Shown here one piece after another: positions 16,865-27,417 of a stretch of DNA of 64,000 bases; the stretch's first letter is position 1; each line of letters opens with the position of its first letter. Origin of the DNA: an uncultured Candidatus Actinomarina sp. (lineage in GTDB: Bacteria > Actinomycetota > Acidimicrobiia > Actinomarinales > Actinomarinaceae); assembly GCA_902634185.1 (NCBI GenBank), contig CACPJC010000001.1:179857-243856 (forward strand), in the 5' to 3' direction. Under the pieces are notes generated by a model that was not told the DNA's origin, did not search any database, and saw only the letters and a program-made list of their open reading frames with translations. The position numbers and the translations under genes were made by a program.

Positions 16865-19190
16865 TTAATTGCTCCCTATTTTTTGCTGCCTCTAATTCCA
16901 CTTTTTTCTCAGGATTAATTTCTTGGAATCCCCTTCTGTTTATTGGAACTACTAAAAGATTATCAGGAAGATTTTCGTTAATATTAACGTTAACTTGAAT
17001 CGAGTTATTTTCCTGTATTAAAGTTACAACGTCGCTATTAAGCATATAGGATCCAAAGTAAGTTGCTGAATTCATTTCAATGAATCTTTCAGAACCTAGC
17101 ATAGAAATTGAGGGAGAATTAATTTGTGATGAAGAATCTCCATAAAGTTTATGAACAAATAATATTTCAAGATTTGTCGAATCAATGTTTTCTACTTCTA
17201 TATTGATTGTCTTAGAGTTTAAAATTCCATCAAGATTAGATGGTTTATTCAAATTATCAAAAGATGGAATGTTAGCATTATCAATGTAGTCTTTACACAA
17301 CATGGAGTTTAACTCTGCTTCAGTTCCATAAGATTCTAATAAATTCATTTTGTTTGATAGAATCAACCAATATTCCCATTCATTTAATGCAGATCCCGGA
17401 GTAGGTAATATTTTATTTTGCATTAGCGTTCTCATTTCAAGATTTGTGAATGTACCCTCCTTTTCACCAAATGTTGTTGTCGGAAGAATAATATCTGATA
17501 GTTCAGTTGTTTCATTTTTAAACAAATCAAGAGAAACTACAAAATCTGCATCAATTAAAGTGTTCTTTATTTTATGGCTATAAATTGAATTATTTACGGG
17601 GTTTGAGCCTACTGTGAATACAATATTTTTTTTACTACTATCAAATTCTGTTACAAACTCATTTAGACCCTTTACAATGTCTAAATTTTGTAATGCTCCA
17701 AATGTGTTACCTTTTGAAAAACAATTAAGTATTTTTAAAGTGGAATTTTGATCTAAATGTTTAACCAATTGGAAAATTGGATTAACATTTTGGAGTGGAG
17801 AGGCTTTTCCTACAATAGCTAAAACATTTTTTCCATCAATATAATTCGAAAAATTTGGTATATCTGATAAGTCGACATTGAATTCAAAATTATTTGTGAC
17901 AATATTTTCGCCATAATATTCTTCTGAAAGTTGTTTAATTGCAGTATTTGTGTGGCCAAATATTAATAATTTTTTTCCATTTCTGACAGCCTGTTTAATT
18001 CTTAGATAAAGAGTTGGAAGATTGTCTTTTATATCTTGTGCCCACAAAATTATGGTGTCAGCAGAATCTAAATCTTTAATTTCTCCAAGTGAGTAATCAT
18101 CATTGAAAAAACCATTGTATAAATAATCATCACTCAGATAAAAATTTATATTGCTAACTGTATTTTCATTTTCAACTTTATTAAGGTTTTCTGCAAATTT
18201 ATTTAATGCATAATACTCTTCATTAGTAGAGTTGTGTCCAACAATAAAACTTATGTTCGGATTGTCGCTCGTAAGTATTTCATTACTAATTAACTCCATA
18301 GTTTCATTAATGGTTAATTCCTTGTTTGAATTCTTGACAAGTAATGGTGTTTCAATTCTCTTATCCGAATGTAAATATTCAAAGTTGTATCGCCCTTTAT
18401 CAGAAAGCCATCCTTGATTTGTAAATTCATTGTCCTCACCTAAAATCCTAAGCATCTTATTCTGTGAGACATTTAATTCAACCGAGTCACCAACTGAAGA
18501 ACAATTAGAGGTTGATGAAACTTTTTTTAAATCCCAAGGACGAGCTTTGAATCTATAAGAAGATGATGTCAAAGCGCCAACTGGGCAAATTTGTACTGTA
18601 TTGCCTGAGAAGTATGATCTAAAAGGCTCATCAGGAAAAGTATTTACTTGTGTCTTATTTCCTCTTTGTATAAATTCAATAAGTGGATCTCCAGATATTT
18701 CATCGGAAAATCGAGTACAACGAGCACATAAAATACATCTCTCCCTATCAAGTAAAATTATTTCTGAAATTGGGATAGGTTTTTCAAAATGTCTTTTGTC
18801 TTCGACAAATCTTGATTCTCCTGGTCCATAAGCCATTGTTTGATCTTGTAAAGGACATTCTCCAGCTTTATCACAAACCGGACAGTCTAAAGGATGATTA
18901 ATCAATAAAAACTCTAAAACTCCTTCTTGAGCTTTTTTTACAACATCAGATTCAGTATCTACGACTAAATCCTCTGAGACTTTGGTTGTACAGGATGGAA
19001 CAAGAGCTTTACCTCTTGGAGTTTCAATCTCAACCAAGCACATACGACACATGCCAACAGGATCCATACGTTTATGCCAGCAGAACCTTGGTATGTGAAT
19101 ACCAGAATCTTCACAAGCTTCAATTATTAGCTGGTCGGGTTTTGAACTTATTTCAGAACCATTAACATTTATCTTTATTTGATCCGTCAT
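16854..19190 (-). CDS. nuoG: NADH-quinone oxidoreductase subunit G
   Basis: CRMCLVE, HPLDCPVCDKAGEC, RCILCARC...ICPVGAL. Confidence 0.95.
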   Translation of the reverse strand: MTDQIKINVNGSEISSKPDQLIIEACEDSGIHIPRFCWHKRMDPVGMCRMCLVEIETPRGKALVPSCTTKVSEDLVVDTESDVVKKAQEGVLEFLLINHPLDCPVCDKAGECPLQDQTMAYGPGESRFVEDKRHFEKPIPISEIILLDRERCILCARCTRFSDEISGDPLIEFIQRGNKTQVNTFPDEPFRSYFSGNTVQICPVGALTSSSYRFKARPWDLKKVSSTSNCSSVGDSVELNVSQNKMLRILGEDNEFTNQGWLSDKGRYNFEYLHSDKRIETPLLVKNSNKELTINETMELISNEILTSDNPNISFIVGHNSTNEEYYALNKFAENLNKVENENTVSNINFYLSDDYLYNGFFNDDYSLGEIKDLDSADTIILWAQDIKDNLPTLYLRIKQAVRNGKKLLIFGHTNTAIKQLSEEYYGENIVTNNFEFNVDLSDIPNFSNYIDGKNVLAIVGKASPLQNVNPIFQLVKHLDQNSTLKILNCFSKGNTFGALQNLDIVKGLNEFVTEFDSSKKNIVFTVGSNPVNNSIYSHKIKNTLIDADFVVSLDLFKNETTELSDIILPTTTFGEKEGTFTNLEMRTLMQNKILPTPGSALNEWEYWLILSNKMNLLESYGTEAELNSMLCKDYIDNANIPSFDNLNKPSNLDGILNSKTINIEVENIDSTNLEILFVHKLYGDSSSQINSPSISMLGSERFIEMNSATYFGSYMLNSDVVTLIQENNSIQVNVNINENLPDNLLVVPINRRGFQEINPEKKVELEAAKNREQLIVT

Positions 19191-20482
19191 TGTGTAATTG
19201 GAATTTTTGTTGGAAGCATATTTGTTATCTCCTCAGAAAAGTTATTTAGCAACGATGTTATCGGAGATACAGCTGAAGGACCAAGTGGACATATTGTTGT
19301 CATTTTTGGTGGCCAATCTAATCCAGGTGAAATATTGTCGCAAATATCAATCAACAAACTAATGTCAGAAAGTCTACCTCTGCCGCTCGCAATTCTTTCT
19401 AAAATCATTTCTAGCCAAGTTGTCCCTTCTCTGCAGGGAGTACATTGACCACATGATTCATGAGCAAAAAAACTTACGATACTCTTTGCCGCATAAACTA
19501 AATTAGTATCTTCATCCATCACAACTACCGCACCAGAACCCAACATTGATCCTGCATTTGCAACATCATCAATTGTCATTTTTATATCTAACTGATCACC
19601 GGTGAACCATGGCGCTGAGGCACCTCCGGGAATATAAGCTTTGACATTTTTGTTATTTTTGATTCCTTTTCCAAATGTATCTATAAATTCACCAAAGCTT
19701 TGACCCATTTCAATTTCAAAATTTCCAGGATTATTTACGTGGCCTGACAAGCTAAAAATTCTTGTTCCCGTTGATCCTTCAACACCAAGTTTTGAGTACT
19801 CTTTTCCCGAATTTTGAATTATCCAAGGAACTGAAGATATTGTTTCTACATTATTTACTAGTGTTGGTTTGTTGTATAGTCCCATTACTGCGGGAAAATA
19901 AGGTGGTTTAAGTCTTGGCTCTCCTCTTTTTCCTTCAAGTGAATTCAAAAGAGCTGTTTCTTCACCACATATGTACGCTCCTGCTCCAAGATGAACTACA
20001 ACATCCAAGGAAAAATTTGTTCCTAATATATTATTTCCCAAATATCCTTTTTCATATGCTTGCTCAACTGCATCCTGCACTCTTCTTGCTGGCTTCGCAT
20101 ACTCACCTCTTATGTAGATAAATGCTTTTTTGATGTTTGAAGCAAAGCATGTAATTATTACACCTTCAATTAGTTGGTGTGGATCTCTCTCAAGCAAAAT
20201 TCTATCTTTGAATGTACCGGGTTCAGATTCATCACCATTAATTACAAGATACCTGTCCTCATTTTCTGCTAAAAAACCCCACTTTACTCCTGTTGGAAAG
20301 CCTGCTCCTCCACGACCCCTTATGTTTGAATCCTTAATCTCATTAATAACATTCTCGGGATTGTCTTCTTTTAGAACTTTTTTGAGTGCACTATAACCGT
20401 TATTTTTCTCATAAATTTCAATCTGATGGCTATCTTCAGGAAATTCACGCATATGCTTTGTAAGTAATAAAGTTTCTTTCAT
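19187..20482 (-). CDS. nuoF: NADH-quinone oxidoreductase subunit F
   Basis: GRGGAGFPTG, GAYICGEET, ESCGQCTPCREG. Confidence 0.95.
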   Translation of the reverse strand: MKETLLLTKHMREFPEDSHQIEIYEKNNGYSALKKVLKEDNPENVINEIKDSNIRGRGGAGFPTGVKWGFLAENEDRYLVINGDESEPGTFKDRILLERDPHQLIEGVIITCFASNIKKAFIYIRGEYAKPARRVQDAVEQAYEKGYLGNNILGTNFSLDVVVHLGAGAYICGEETALLNSLEGKRGEPRLKPPYFPAVMGLYNKPTLVNNVETISSVPWIIQNSGKEYSKLGVEGSTGTRIFSLSGHVNNPGNFEIEMGQSFGEFIDTFGKGIKNNKNVKAYIPGGASAPWFTGDQLDIKMTIDDVANAGSMLGSGAVVVMDEDTNLVYAAKSIVSFFAHESCGQCTPCREGTTWLEMILERIASGRGRLSDISLLIDICDNISPGLDWPPKMTTICPLGPSAVSPITSLLNNFSEEITNMLPTKIPITQ

Positions 20483-21096
20483 TAGCTTTTTTCCTTAGCA
20501 GTACCGATATTTTGAAATCCCGGAACAGAATAAGATGAACCTGTATTGTCTTTAATTGCCCAGTCAAATGACTTTACACCTCCAAATTTCTCTTGAAGTT
20601 CTTCAGCTATAATTATTTCTGGTCGTTCTTCTTTAAGCCATTCACACATTTGGAGTGACTTTTCAGGTGTCAATCCTTCAACTGTTTCGTAATTAACTTG
20701 AACAGCTGGTGCTCCACCGCAAGCACCGATGCACTCAACTTCCTCAAAAGTAAAAACCTTCTCAGTATCTGTTTCATAATTTTCTAAGCCTGTAAAGTTT
20801 TTGACAGAATCTATCACGCTTCTTGAGTCATTTATTTCGCATGAGATTGACTTACATACACTTAATAAATACTTACCGGTTTGCTCTTCTTTGTACATAG
20901 AGTAAAAGGATGCAACTGACTTTACTTGAACTTCAGTAATGCCAATAAGATTACTAATCTCTACAATTGAATCATTTGATATATATCCGTCTTTTTCTTG
21001 TGCTAGATATAAAAGTGGCCCTAAAGCAGATCTTTTTTGAGGATACATATCAATAATTTCTTTTGCTTTATCAATCAATGCTTTTTCCCAACTCAT
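20482..21096 (-). CDS. nuoE: NADH-quinone oxidoreductase subunit E
   Basis: CKSISC...ECIGAC 2Fe-2S motif. Confidence 0.93.
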   Translation of the reverse strand: MSWEKALIDKAKEIIDMYPQKRSALGPLLYLAQEKDGYISNDSIVEISNLIGITEVQVKSVASFYSMYKEEQTGKYLLSVCKSISCEINDSRSVIDSVKNFTGLENYETDTEKVFTFEEVECIGACGGAPAVQVNYETVEGLTPEKSLQMCEWLKEERPEIIIAEELQEKFGGVKSFDWAIKDNTGSSYSVPGFQNIGTAKEKS

Positions 21097-22451
21097 CTGT
21101 CAACATCTCCTAAAACTGGATCTAAGGAGGCTATTGCTGCAACTGCGTCTGCAATTGGACTGTCTGACATTACTACTGGTAAAGCTTGAAGATTACAGAA
21201 GGATGGTCCTCTTACGTGCATTCTATAAGGTTTTGATGATCCGTCTGAAACAATAAAACAGCCCAACTCTCCTCTAGGAGATTCAACTGTGGTATATACT
21301 TCTCCTTCTGGAACTTTAAAGCCTTCTGTGTATATTTTAAAATGGTGGATCAAAGCTTCCATTGACTCATCAAGTCTTTTTCTTGGCGGAGGGGTTATTT
21401 TTTTATCTTGAATTTTGAACGGGCCTTTAGGCATATTTCCCATAGCTTGTTCAACAATCTTTAAACTTTCAAAAATTTCTAAAACTTTGATTCTCCACCT
21501 TGAAAAGACATCTCCTTCTTCAAAAACCGGAATATCAAACTCATATTTTTCTATACCTGAATAAGGTTGCATTTTTCTTAAATCCCATGCATATCCGCTA
21601 GCTCTAAGACTTGGACCAGTTATGCCGTATGCCAAACATTCTTCAGTCGTTAATATTCCAACATTCTTAAGTCTTCCTTGCCAAATAGGATTGTCTAAAA
21701 GCATTTCATCATAGTCTTTTAGTTTTTCAGGTATAACTTTCAATATCTTTTCAATATCTTTTTGCCAATTATCTGGTAAATCTGCTGCGACACCACCCGG
21801 TCTTATAAAGTTGTGATTCATTCTAAGACCTGTTGTCTTTTCAAAAAAATCAAGAATTAATTCTCTTTCTCTAAACCCAAAAATCATCATTGATAATGCT
21901 CCGATATCCATTCCACCAGTTGCTAATGCAACAAGGTGTGAGGAGATTCGATTTAGTTCGGTCATTAATATTCTTATTGTTGATGCTCTATCAGGAACTT
22001 CAATATCTAGTAGTTTTTCAGTCGCTAATGAAAAAACAAGTTCATTGAAAAAAGGCGAGAGATAATCCATCCTTGTAGTGTTAGTAGGTCCTTGAAAGTA
22101 ATTTAACTCTTCTCCCGTCTTCTCCATTCCAGTATGAAGATAACCAATTACAGGCTGTACTCTTCTTACGACTTCACCTTCAAGTTCTACTTGTAACCTT
22201 AAGACACCATGTGTTGATGGATGCTGAGGTCCCATATTTAAAATCATTCTTTCATCATCAGAAATATCATCATCAATAAAATAATCATCGATAACTTCTG
22301 AACCCATTTGAATTTTTGTAGTTACTTCGTCTTCTTGATCCAACATTTTTTGTGATCCTTCATCAGTTGAAGAAATGTTCCATCCACCCTCTTCTGAATT
22401 TGTAGCCCAGAAGTCTACATCTTTTACAGTATCTTTATTTTCTTCCATCAT
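21093..22451 (-). CDS. nuoD: NADH-quinone oxidoreductase subunit D
   Basis: NMGPQHPSTHGVLR, C-terminal DPVLGDVDR; acidic N-terminal extension. Confidence 0.95.
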   Translation of the reverse strand: MMEENKDTVKDVDFWATNSEEGGWNISSTDEGSQKMLDQEDEVTTKIQMGSEVIDDYFIDDDISDDERMILNMGPQHPSTHGVLRLQVELEGEVVRRVQPVIGYLHTGMEKTGEELNYFQGPTNTTRMDYLSPFFNELVFSLATEKLLDIEVPDRASTIRILMTELNRISSHLVALATGGMDIGALSMMIFGFRERELILDFFEKTTGLRMNHNFIRPGGVAADLPDNWQKDIEKILKVIPEKLKDYDEMLLDNPIWQGRLKNVGILTTEECLAYGITGPSLRASGYAWDLRKMQPYSGIEKYEFDIPVFEEGDVFSRWRIKVLEIFESLKIVEQAMGNMPKGPFKIQDKKITPPPRKRLDESMEALIHHFKIYTEGFKVPEGEVYTTVESPRGELGCFIVSDGSSKPYRMHVRGPSFCNLQALPVVMSDSPIADAVAAIASLDPVLGDVDR

Positions 22452-22858
22452 TAATCAACCTTTGGTGCATTTTTGAATTGAACTGGTATTCTTCCTGTTC
22501 CATAATCTTTTCTCAAAGGGTGTCCAACCCAATCATCAGGCATAAGAATTCTTGTTAAATCAGGATGGTTTTCAAAATTAATTCCAAACATATCAAATAC
22601 TTCTCTTTCATAAAAGTTTGCACTTGGATAAAGACTTGTAATTGAAGGAATTGTTAACTCATCATTTAATTTGACTTTGATAGAAATTCTTTTGTTTTTT
22701 GAAACGGAGAGAAAGTTTACAACTACTTCAAACCTAGGTTCTTTTTTTCTAAACCAATCTATAGCAGTTAAATCAACCATCATTTCATATCCATCATTTT
22801 TCAACTCTTCAACTTTTTGAAAATAATCTTCAATTGATATATCTAGATTTTCTTTCAT
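22451..22858 (-). CDS. nuoC: NADH-quinone oxidoreductase subunit C
   Basis: [18 protein letters not shown]. Confidence 0.95.
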   Translation of the reverse strand: MKENLDISIEDYFQKVEELKNDGYEMMVDLTAIDWFRKKEPRFEVVVNFLSVSKNKRISIKVKLNDELTIPSITSLYPSANFYEREVFDMFGINFENHPDLTRILMPDDWVGHPLRKDYGTGRIPVQFKNAPKVD

Positions 22859-23319
22859 TATCTATTTATCTCTCTATCCATAATTTTTTGATGAAGTGTT
22901 AAGATTCCGTGCATTAATGATTGGGGTCCGGGTGGACATCCAGGTACATATATGTCTACAGGAACTATGTGGTCAACACCTTGTACAAGAGCATAGTTAT
23001 TAAACATCCCACCAGTTGAAGAGCAAGCACCCATTGCTATTACCCATTTTGGCTCTGCCATTTGGTCATAAACTTGTCTCAATACTGGTGCCATTTTTTG
23101 AGAAACTCTACCAGCAACTATCATCAAATCAGCCTGTCTTGGTGATGCCCTGAATACCTCCATTCCATATCTTGCCAAGTCGTATTTTGCAGATCCTGCA
23201 GCCATCATTTCAATAGCGCAGCATGCAAGTCCAAAAGTAACAGGCCACATGGATTGCGTTCTTGACCAACGGACCGCTTTATCAATAGTTGTTGTGAAAA
23301 TATTATCAGGAGAAAACAT
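22858..23319 (-). CDS. nuoB: NADH-quinone oxidoreductase subunit B
   Basis: [21 protein letters not shown]. Confidence 0.95.
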   Translation of the reverse strand: MFSPDNIFTTTIDKAVRWSRTQSMWPVTFGLACCAIEMMAAGSAKYDLARYGMEVFRASPRQADLMIVAGRVSQKMAPVLRQVYDQMAEPKWVIAMGACSSTGGMFNNYALVQGVDHIVPVDIYVPGCPPGPQSLMHGILTLHQKIMDREINR

Positions 23320-23729
23320 TATTCATTAGCTCCTTCATAGTTAGAAACTGGATCATGATATCTTTGCCTTCTTGGAACATTCCAATCAAGAACATTTCTT
23401 TTCCAGACATAATAAAGTGTCTCAAGTACAAAGAATGTGAATATGAAAATAACCACTATTCCGTACCAGCCAAGTTGCTCAAATCGGGTTGCCCAGGCTA
23501 AAAGAAATATTATTTCAATATCAAAAACAATATACAACATAGCGACCATATAAAATTTGACTGGAAATCTCTGTGAGGGCTCTTCTTCGGGGAAAATACC
23601 AGACTCATAAGGTGTTAATTTTTCAGGTGTAGGATTTTTTGGTGATAAAAGATAGCTGACACCAAGTGAAGCAATTGCAAAACCAATACCAATAAATAGC
23701 ATTACCAAAATTGGTAACCAATTAATCAC
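23319..23729 (-). CDS. nuoA: NADH-quinone oxidoreductase subunit A
   Basis: [13 protein letters not shown]; SD GGAGGGA upstream. Confidence 0.95.
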   Translation of the reverse strand: MINWLPILVMLFIGIGFAIASLGVSYLLSPKNPTPEKLTPYESGIFPEEEPSQRFPVKFYMVAMLYIVFDIEIIFLLAWATRFEQLGWYGIVVIFIFTFFVLETLYYVWKRNVLDWNVPRRQRYHDPVSNYEGANE

Positions 23730-23742
23730 ATTCCCTCCCTAT

Positions 23743-23760
23743 TTGTGAAATATTTCACAA
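23743..23760. promoter_or_regulatory. Rex operator (ROP) upstream of nuoA
   Basis: Perfect palindrome TTGTGAAATATTTCACAA matching the TTGTGAA-N4-TTCACAA consensus, between a putative -10 and the SD. Confidence 0.92.
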
Positions 23761-23796
23761 TGTACTACTTCATTTTAGTACTGATTTTGCTTTTTG

Positions 23797-25086
23797 TTAT
23801 AAGGAAAAGGCTGGAGATTTACTGAAAAACCTTACTGTTCTAAAGGGTAAAATGAATTTAAAAGCTAGCGAAAAAGTCTCTTTAATCGTCAATCTTGCCT
23901 CATCGAACAAGAGCTCAACAACAAAATTAATAGTGTTTTTATCAACTGATGCAATTTTAAGTAATCTCTTTGTCATAAATGGACTTTGCAAAACTAGTCG
24001 AGCAACCGTACAGCTCAGAAAATGCATTCCAAATCTTTTATTTAAGGCTCTTTCATATTTATTTAAATTATTATTTAAATTATTTTCTTTGTTGGAATTT
24101 AATGAACCGAATGTTTCTTTTGCAAGTAAATATCCTGCTTCCATGCCGTAAAAAATACCTTCTCCACTCATGGGGTTGATCATTGAACCGGCATCTCCGA
24201 CAAGAGCTACTTTATCATGAGCAAGCTTTGGTCTGGAGGATGCAAATGGAAGCATATAACTTTTTTCCATCCTTAAGTTTTCAACAATTACTCCTTTGGA
24301 TTCCAATGTACGTATAAAGCTATCAAGCATTTCATTAATATCCATTTTGTCTTTTTTAAATAAATTTAAAGGCATACCAATACCAATATTTATTAAATTA
24401 CCTTTACTAGGGAACGCCCAAGCATAACCTTTTAATGCTGAAACATTGATTTCAAACATAAGTGTTCTTTCCTTAAATATTTCTAAATAATTTGGACTGT
24501 CAATATAAGCTCTTATAGCAATTGCTTTGTGTATGTCACTATTTTGTTTTAAATCCAAACTTTTTCTAACTCTTGAATTTGCACCATCTGCACCTACTAA
24601 CAATTTTGTGAATAAGAAGTTTTTTTCTTTATCACTATTTTCGATCTCTACTTTTAAAATATCTTCATTTTCAGTTTGTTCATAATTCAAATACCTAACA
24701 CCCTCATATGAATGTACATCGAGATTTTTTGCAATTTCAAAAATTCTATTGTCGAGTTCATATCTTGGGATAACGTAAACAACAGAATCATCTTTGTTTT
24801 TAACTTTTGGAATATAATTTTGGATTCCTATATTATCGGGGCCAAATAAAGATGTTGAGATAACCTCCGGTTCACCATCAAGTATATGTTCATTGTTAAA
24901 TCTTTTTAAAGCATTAATTACGCCGGGTCCAATTGCATCACCACAAGATTTATCTCTTGGAAAAATAGCTTTGTCAATAATTCCAACTTTTAAATCAGGA
25001 TTTAAATTTTTGTAAGAAATTGCAGTATTAGATCCAGAGGGACCTGCCCCTACAATTAATACATCGAATATTTCTTCATTTTTCAT
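23797..25086 (-). CDS. Geranylgeranyl reductase family FAD enzyme (MenJ-like menaquinone reductase)
   Basis: VGAGPSG, FPRDKSCGD, GADGANS, VGDAG...NPMSGEGI; upstream of nuoA as in many Actinobacteria. Confidence 0.8.
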   Translation of the reverse strand: MKNEEIFDVLIVGAGPSGSNTAISYKNLNPDLKVGIIDKAIFPRDKSCGDAIGPGVINALKRFNNEHILDGEPEVISTSLFGPDNIGIQNYIPKVKNKDDSVVYVIPRYELDNRIFEIAKNLDVHSYEGVRYLNYEQTENEDILKVEIENSDKEKNFLFTKLLVGADGANSRVRKSLDLKQNSDIHKAIAIRAYIDSPNYLEIFKERTLMFEINVSALKGYAWAFPSKGNLINIGIGMPLNLFKKDKMDINEMLDSFIRTLESKGVIVENLRMEKSYMLPFASSRPKLAHDKVALVGDAGSMINPMSGEGIFYGMEAGYLLAKETFGSLNSNKENNLNNNLNKYERALNKRFGMHFLSCTVARLVLQSPFMTKRLLKIASVDKNTINFVVELLFDEARLTIKETFSLAFKFILPFRTVRFFSKSPAFSL

Positions 25087-25198
25087 GATTTATGAACTAA
25101 AAATACCTTATTTATTAATAAATCATAAATTTAAGTAAAAATAAAATATTTTTAATGTAATTTACCTTATTTTTATATTGTTATTAGATTGTGCATTA

Positions 25199-25843
25199 GT
25201 GAAAGAAAATAGCAATATACCACCAGCAACAGTAAAGAGGTTACCTCTATATCTTCAATGCTTAGAACAAATTGATGACCAAAATATTGGAATTTCTTCA
25301 AAAAAATTAGCAGAAATTGCAAAAGTTAATGATGCTCAAGTTCGAAGAGATTTATCATATTTAGGCACACTAGGAACTAGAGGTGTCGGATATGATATTT
25401 CAACATTGAGAAATCAGATTCAATTAGAACTTGGTCTAGTTGAAGGATGGAGCGCTGTAATAGTTGGAGTTGGTAATCTTGGATCAGCACTTGCACATTA
25501 TGGAGGATTTCAAGAACGAGGATTTGGTGTTGTCGGATTATTTGATGACGATCCAAAAAAAATCAATAAACAAATAGCTGGCCTTGTAGTTAAACCCACA
25601 TCTGATGTTAAAAGTGTTTGTGAAAAGTACAACGTTGCAATTGGCATTATTGCAACACCTGGAAAAGTTGCTCAAGAGATTGCAGATCAGTTAGTCGACT
25701 GTGGGGTTAAGTCAATTTTAAATTTCGCTCCAGTATTGTTAAAAAATATTCCAGATGTTCAAATTAGATCTGTCGACCTCTCACAAGAATTACAAATATT
25801 AAGTTACTACTTAGATAGACCCGTTCTTAAAGCTGTCAAATAA
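25199..25843 (+). CDS. rex: Redox-sensing transcriptional repressor Rex
   Basis: IPPATVKRLPLY, QVRRDLSYLG..GTRGVGY, VGVGNLG, ILNFAP; probable GTG start 25199. Confidence 0.95.
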   Translation: MKENSNIPPATVKRLPLYLQCLEQIDDQNIGISSKKLAEIAKVNDAQVRRDLSYLGTLGTRGVGYDISTLRNQIQLELGLVEGWSAVIVGVGNLGSALAHYGGFQERGFGVVGLFDDDPKKINKQIAGLVVKPTSDVKSVCEKYNVAIGIIATPGKVAQEIADQLVDCGVKSILNFAPVLLKNIPDVQIRSVDLSQELQILSYYLDRPVLKAVK

Positions 25844-25844
25844 T

Positions 25845-27125
25845 TTATTTCTGATAAATATATCCAAGTAAAGATCTAAATAGCAAACTAACATTTAAAC
25901 CAATCCAAAGTGTTGATATTGTATTCTGTGTTCTTAATAAATAAGTGCAAACTAAAAATCCAGAAACTGAAGAAGCAACAGTAAGAAAAGAAAATTCTTT
26001 AGCCCTATCAAGTCCTAAAAGAACTCCGTCCCAAAGAAATGCGTAACAACCTATAAATAGACTTAGAGCAACAAGAACTGTTAATTTTAAATCGATATAA
26101 ATATCAAATTTGTCATCTCCAAACATTTCAACAAAATTATTTAAAAATAAAACAGTTATTATTGCAAGGATGAAAGATATCACTGTGGTTACCGACACAA
26201 GTTCTTTTTGTAAAATGGATTTTTGGTATTTTTCTTTTTTTGAAACAAGTTCAGAAATTAGTGTTTGAGAAGCAATCGCAATTGCATCAACAAAAATATA
26301 ACCTACTGACCATAACTGAAGCAAGATGTGTTGCAAGGCTATTTCCTGCATAGACATTAGGGAAGCTCTATTTCTTAAATATGCCATGAACAAGGTAAGA
26401 AATAAAGATCTAATCGAAATATATGTTCCGATGCTAAAAAATTTTTTTCGCAAACTAGGTTTGCCTATTTGCTCTTCAGTAGAAGGAATATCACTTAATT
26501 GTTTTTTTAGGATAAATGTTGAATAAATAGAAGCACAAAAAAAGGCAAGAGAACTAGCAAACCCAATCCCGCCAGCACCAAAACCTAGAAATAGTCCAAA
26601 AAATAAGCTAAAAAATATATTTGAGATTGAGACTATTAATGCACTATAAAAAGTAATTTTTGCATACTTTAAACCCCTTAAAACAGCAGTAGAGTGCATA
26701 TTTACCAAATAAAATGGTAGCCCGATACATCTAAAGACTAAATAATCAGAAGAAAGTAGCTGTATGTTTTGAGTAGGTTGAAAAGTCGAAATTAAATAAC
26801 CACTACTTACGTACAAAATTAAAAATGATCCTAGACCTAGCAATATGGAAACATTTCTTCCAAACTTTACAAAATAATTTAATTTATTGATTTCATTTTT
26901 AGTATTAAGAGAGGAAACAAGTGGTGTTGTTCCATATGCTAGAAAGATAAAAACCCAAATAAAAACAAAATAAATCGTTTCTCCAATACCAATTGCAGAA
27001 AGCGTTTCTAAATTTATAATACTAGCAATCTTTGAATCAATTAGACCTACTATTGGTTCTAAGGCTAGCCACAAAAAAATGGGATATGAATTAATCCAAA
27101 TATCTTTTCTAACTGTATTAATCAT
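25845..27125 (-). CDS. MATE family (DinF-like) efflux transporter
   Basis: About 12 TM, EPIVGLIDS, FLAYGTT, VDAIAIASQ. Confidence 0.85.
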   Translation of the reverse strand: MINTVRKDIWINSYPIFLWLALEPIVGLIDSKIASIINLETLSAIGIGETIYFVFIWVFIFLAYGTTPLVSSLNTKNEINKLNYFVKFGRNVSILLGLGSFLILYVSSGYLISTFQPTQNIQLLSSDYLVFRCIGLPFYLVNMHSTAVLRGLKYAKITFYSALIVSISNIFFSLFFGLFLGFGAGGIGFASSLAFFCASIYSTFILKKQLSDIPSTEEQIGKPSLRKKFFSIGTYISIRSLFLTLFMAYLRNRASLMSMQEIALQHILLQLWSVGYIFVDAIAIASQTLISELVSKKEKYQKSILQKELVSVTTVISFILAIITVLFLNNFVEMFGDDKFDIYIDLKLTVLVALSLFIGCYAFLWDGVLLGLDRAKEFSFLTVASSVSGFLVCTYLLRTQNTISTLWIGLNVSLLFRSLLGYIYQK

Positions 27126-27417
27126 TGTAATTTTTAGCTTTTAAAAGACCCCAAATCATAATCTGCTCATGAGCTTCAATACCTAAATTTTGAGGAGTAA
27201 TAACTTTTTCAAATTTATAAATTGTTTTGGTAAAATTATTCAACAATTGAGTTGGAGTTTGTGTTTGGTCAGAATATGGAAGATTGAACTCATTAATTAA
27301 TATATTTTCTAACTCTTGAAAATCTACATCATTGATTTTGATATTTTCATTTTTTAAATATTGTTTTAAACCTTCACAGAGAGTTTTTGCAAAAGAGGTT
27401 ATTTCTAAATTTGTCAT
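27118..27417 (-). CDS. Hypothetical protein
   Basis: 99-aa ORF overlapping both neighbours in operon fashion. Confidence 0.7.
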   Translation of the reverse strand: MTNLEITSFAKTLCEGLKQYLKNENIKINDVDFQELENILINEFNLPYSDQTQTPTQLLNNFTKTIYKFEKVITPQNLGIEAHEQIMIWGLLKAKNYND

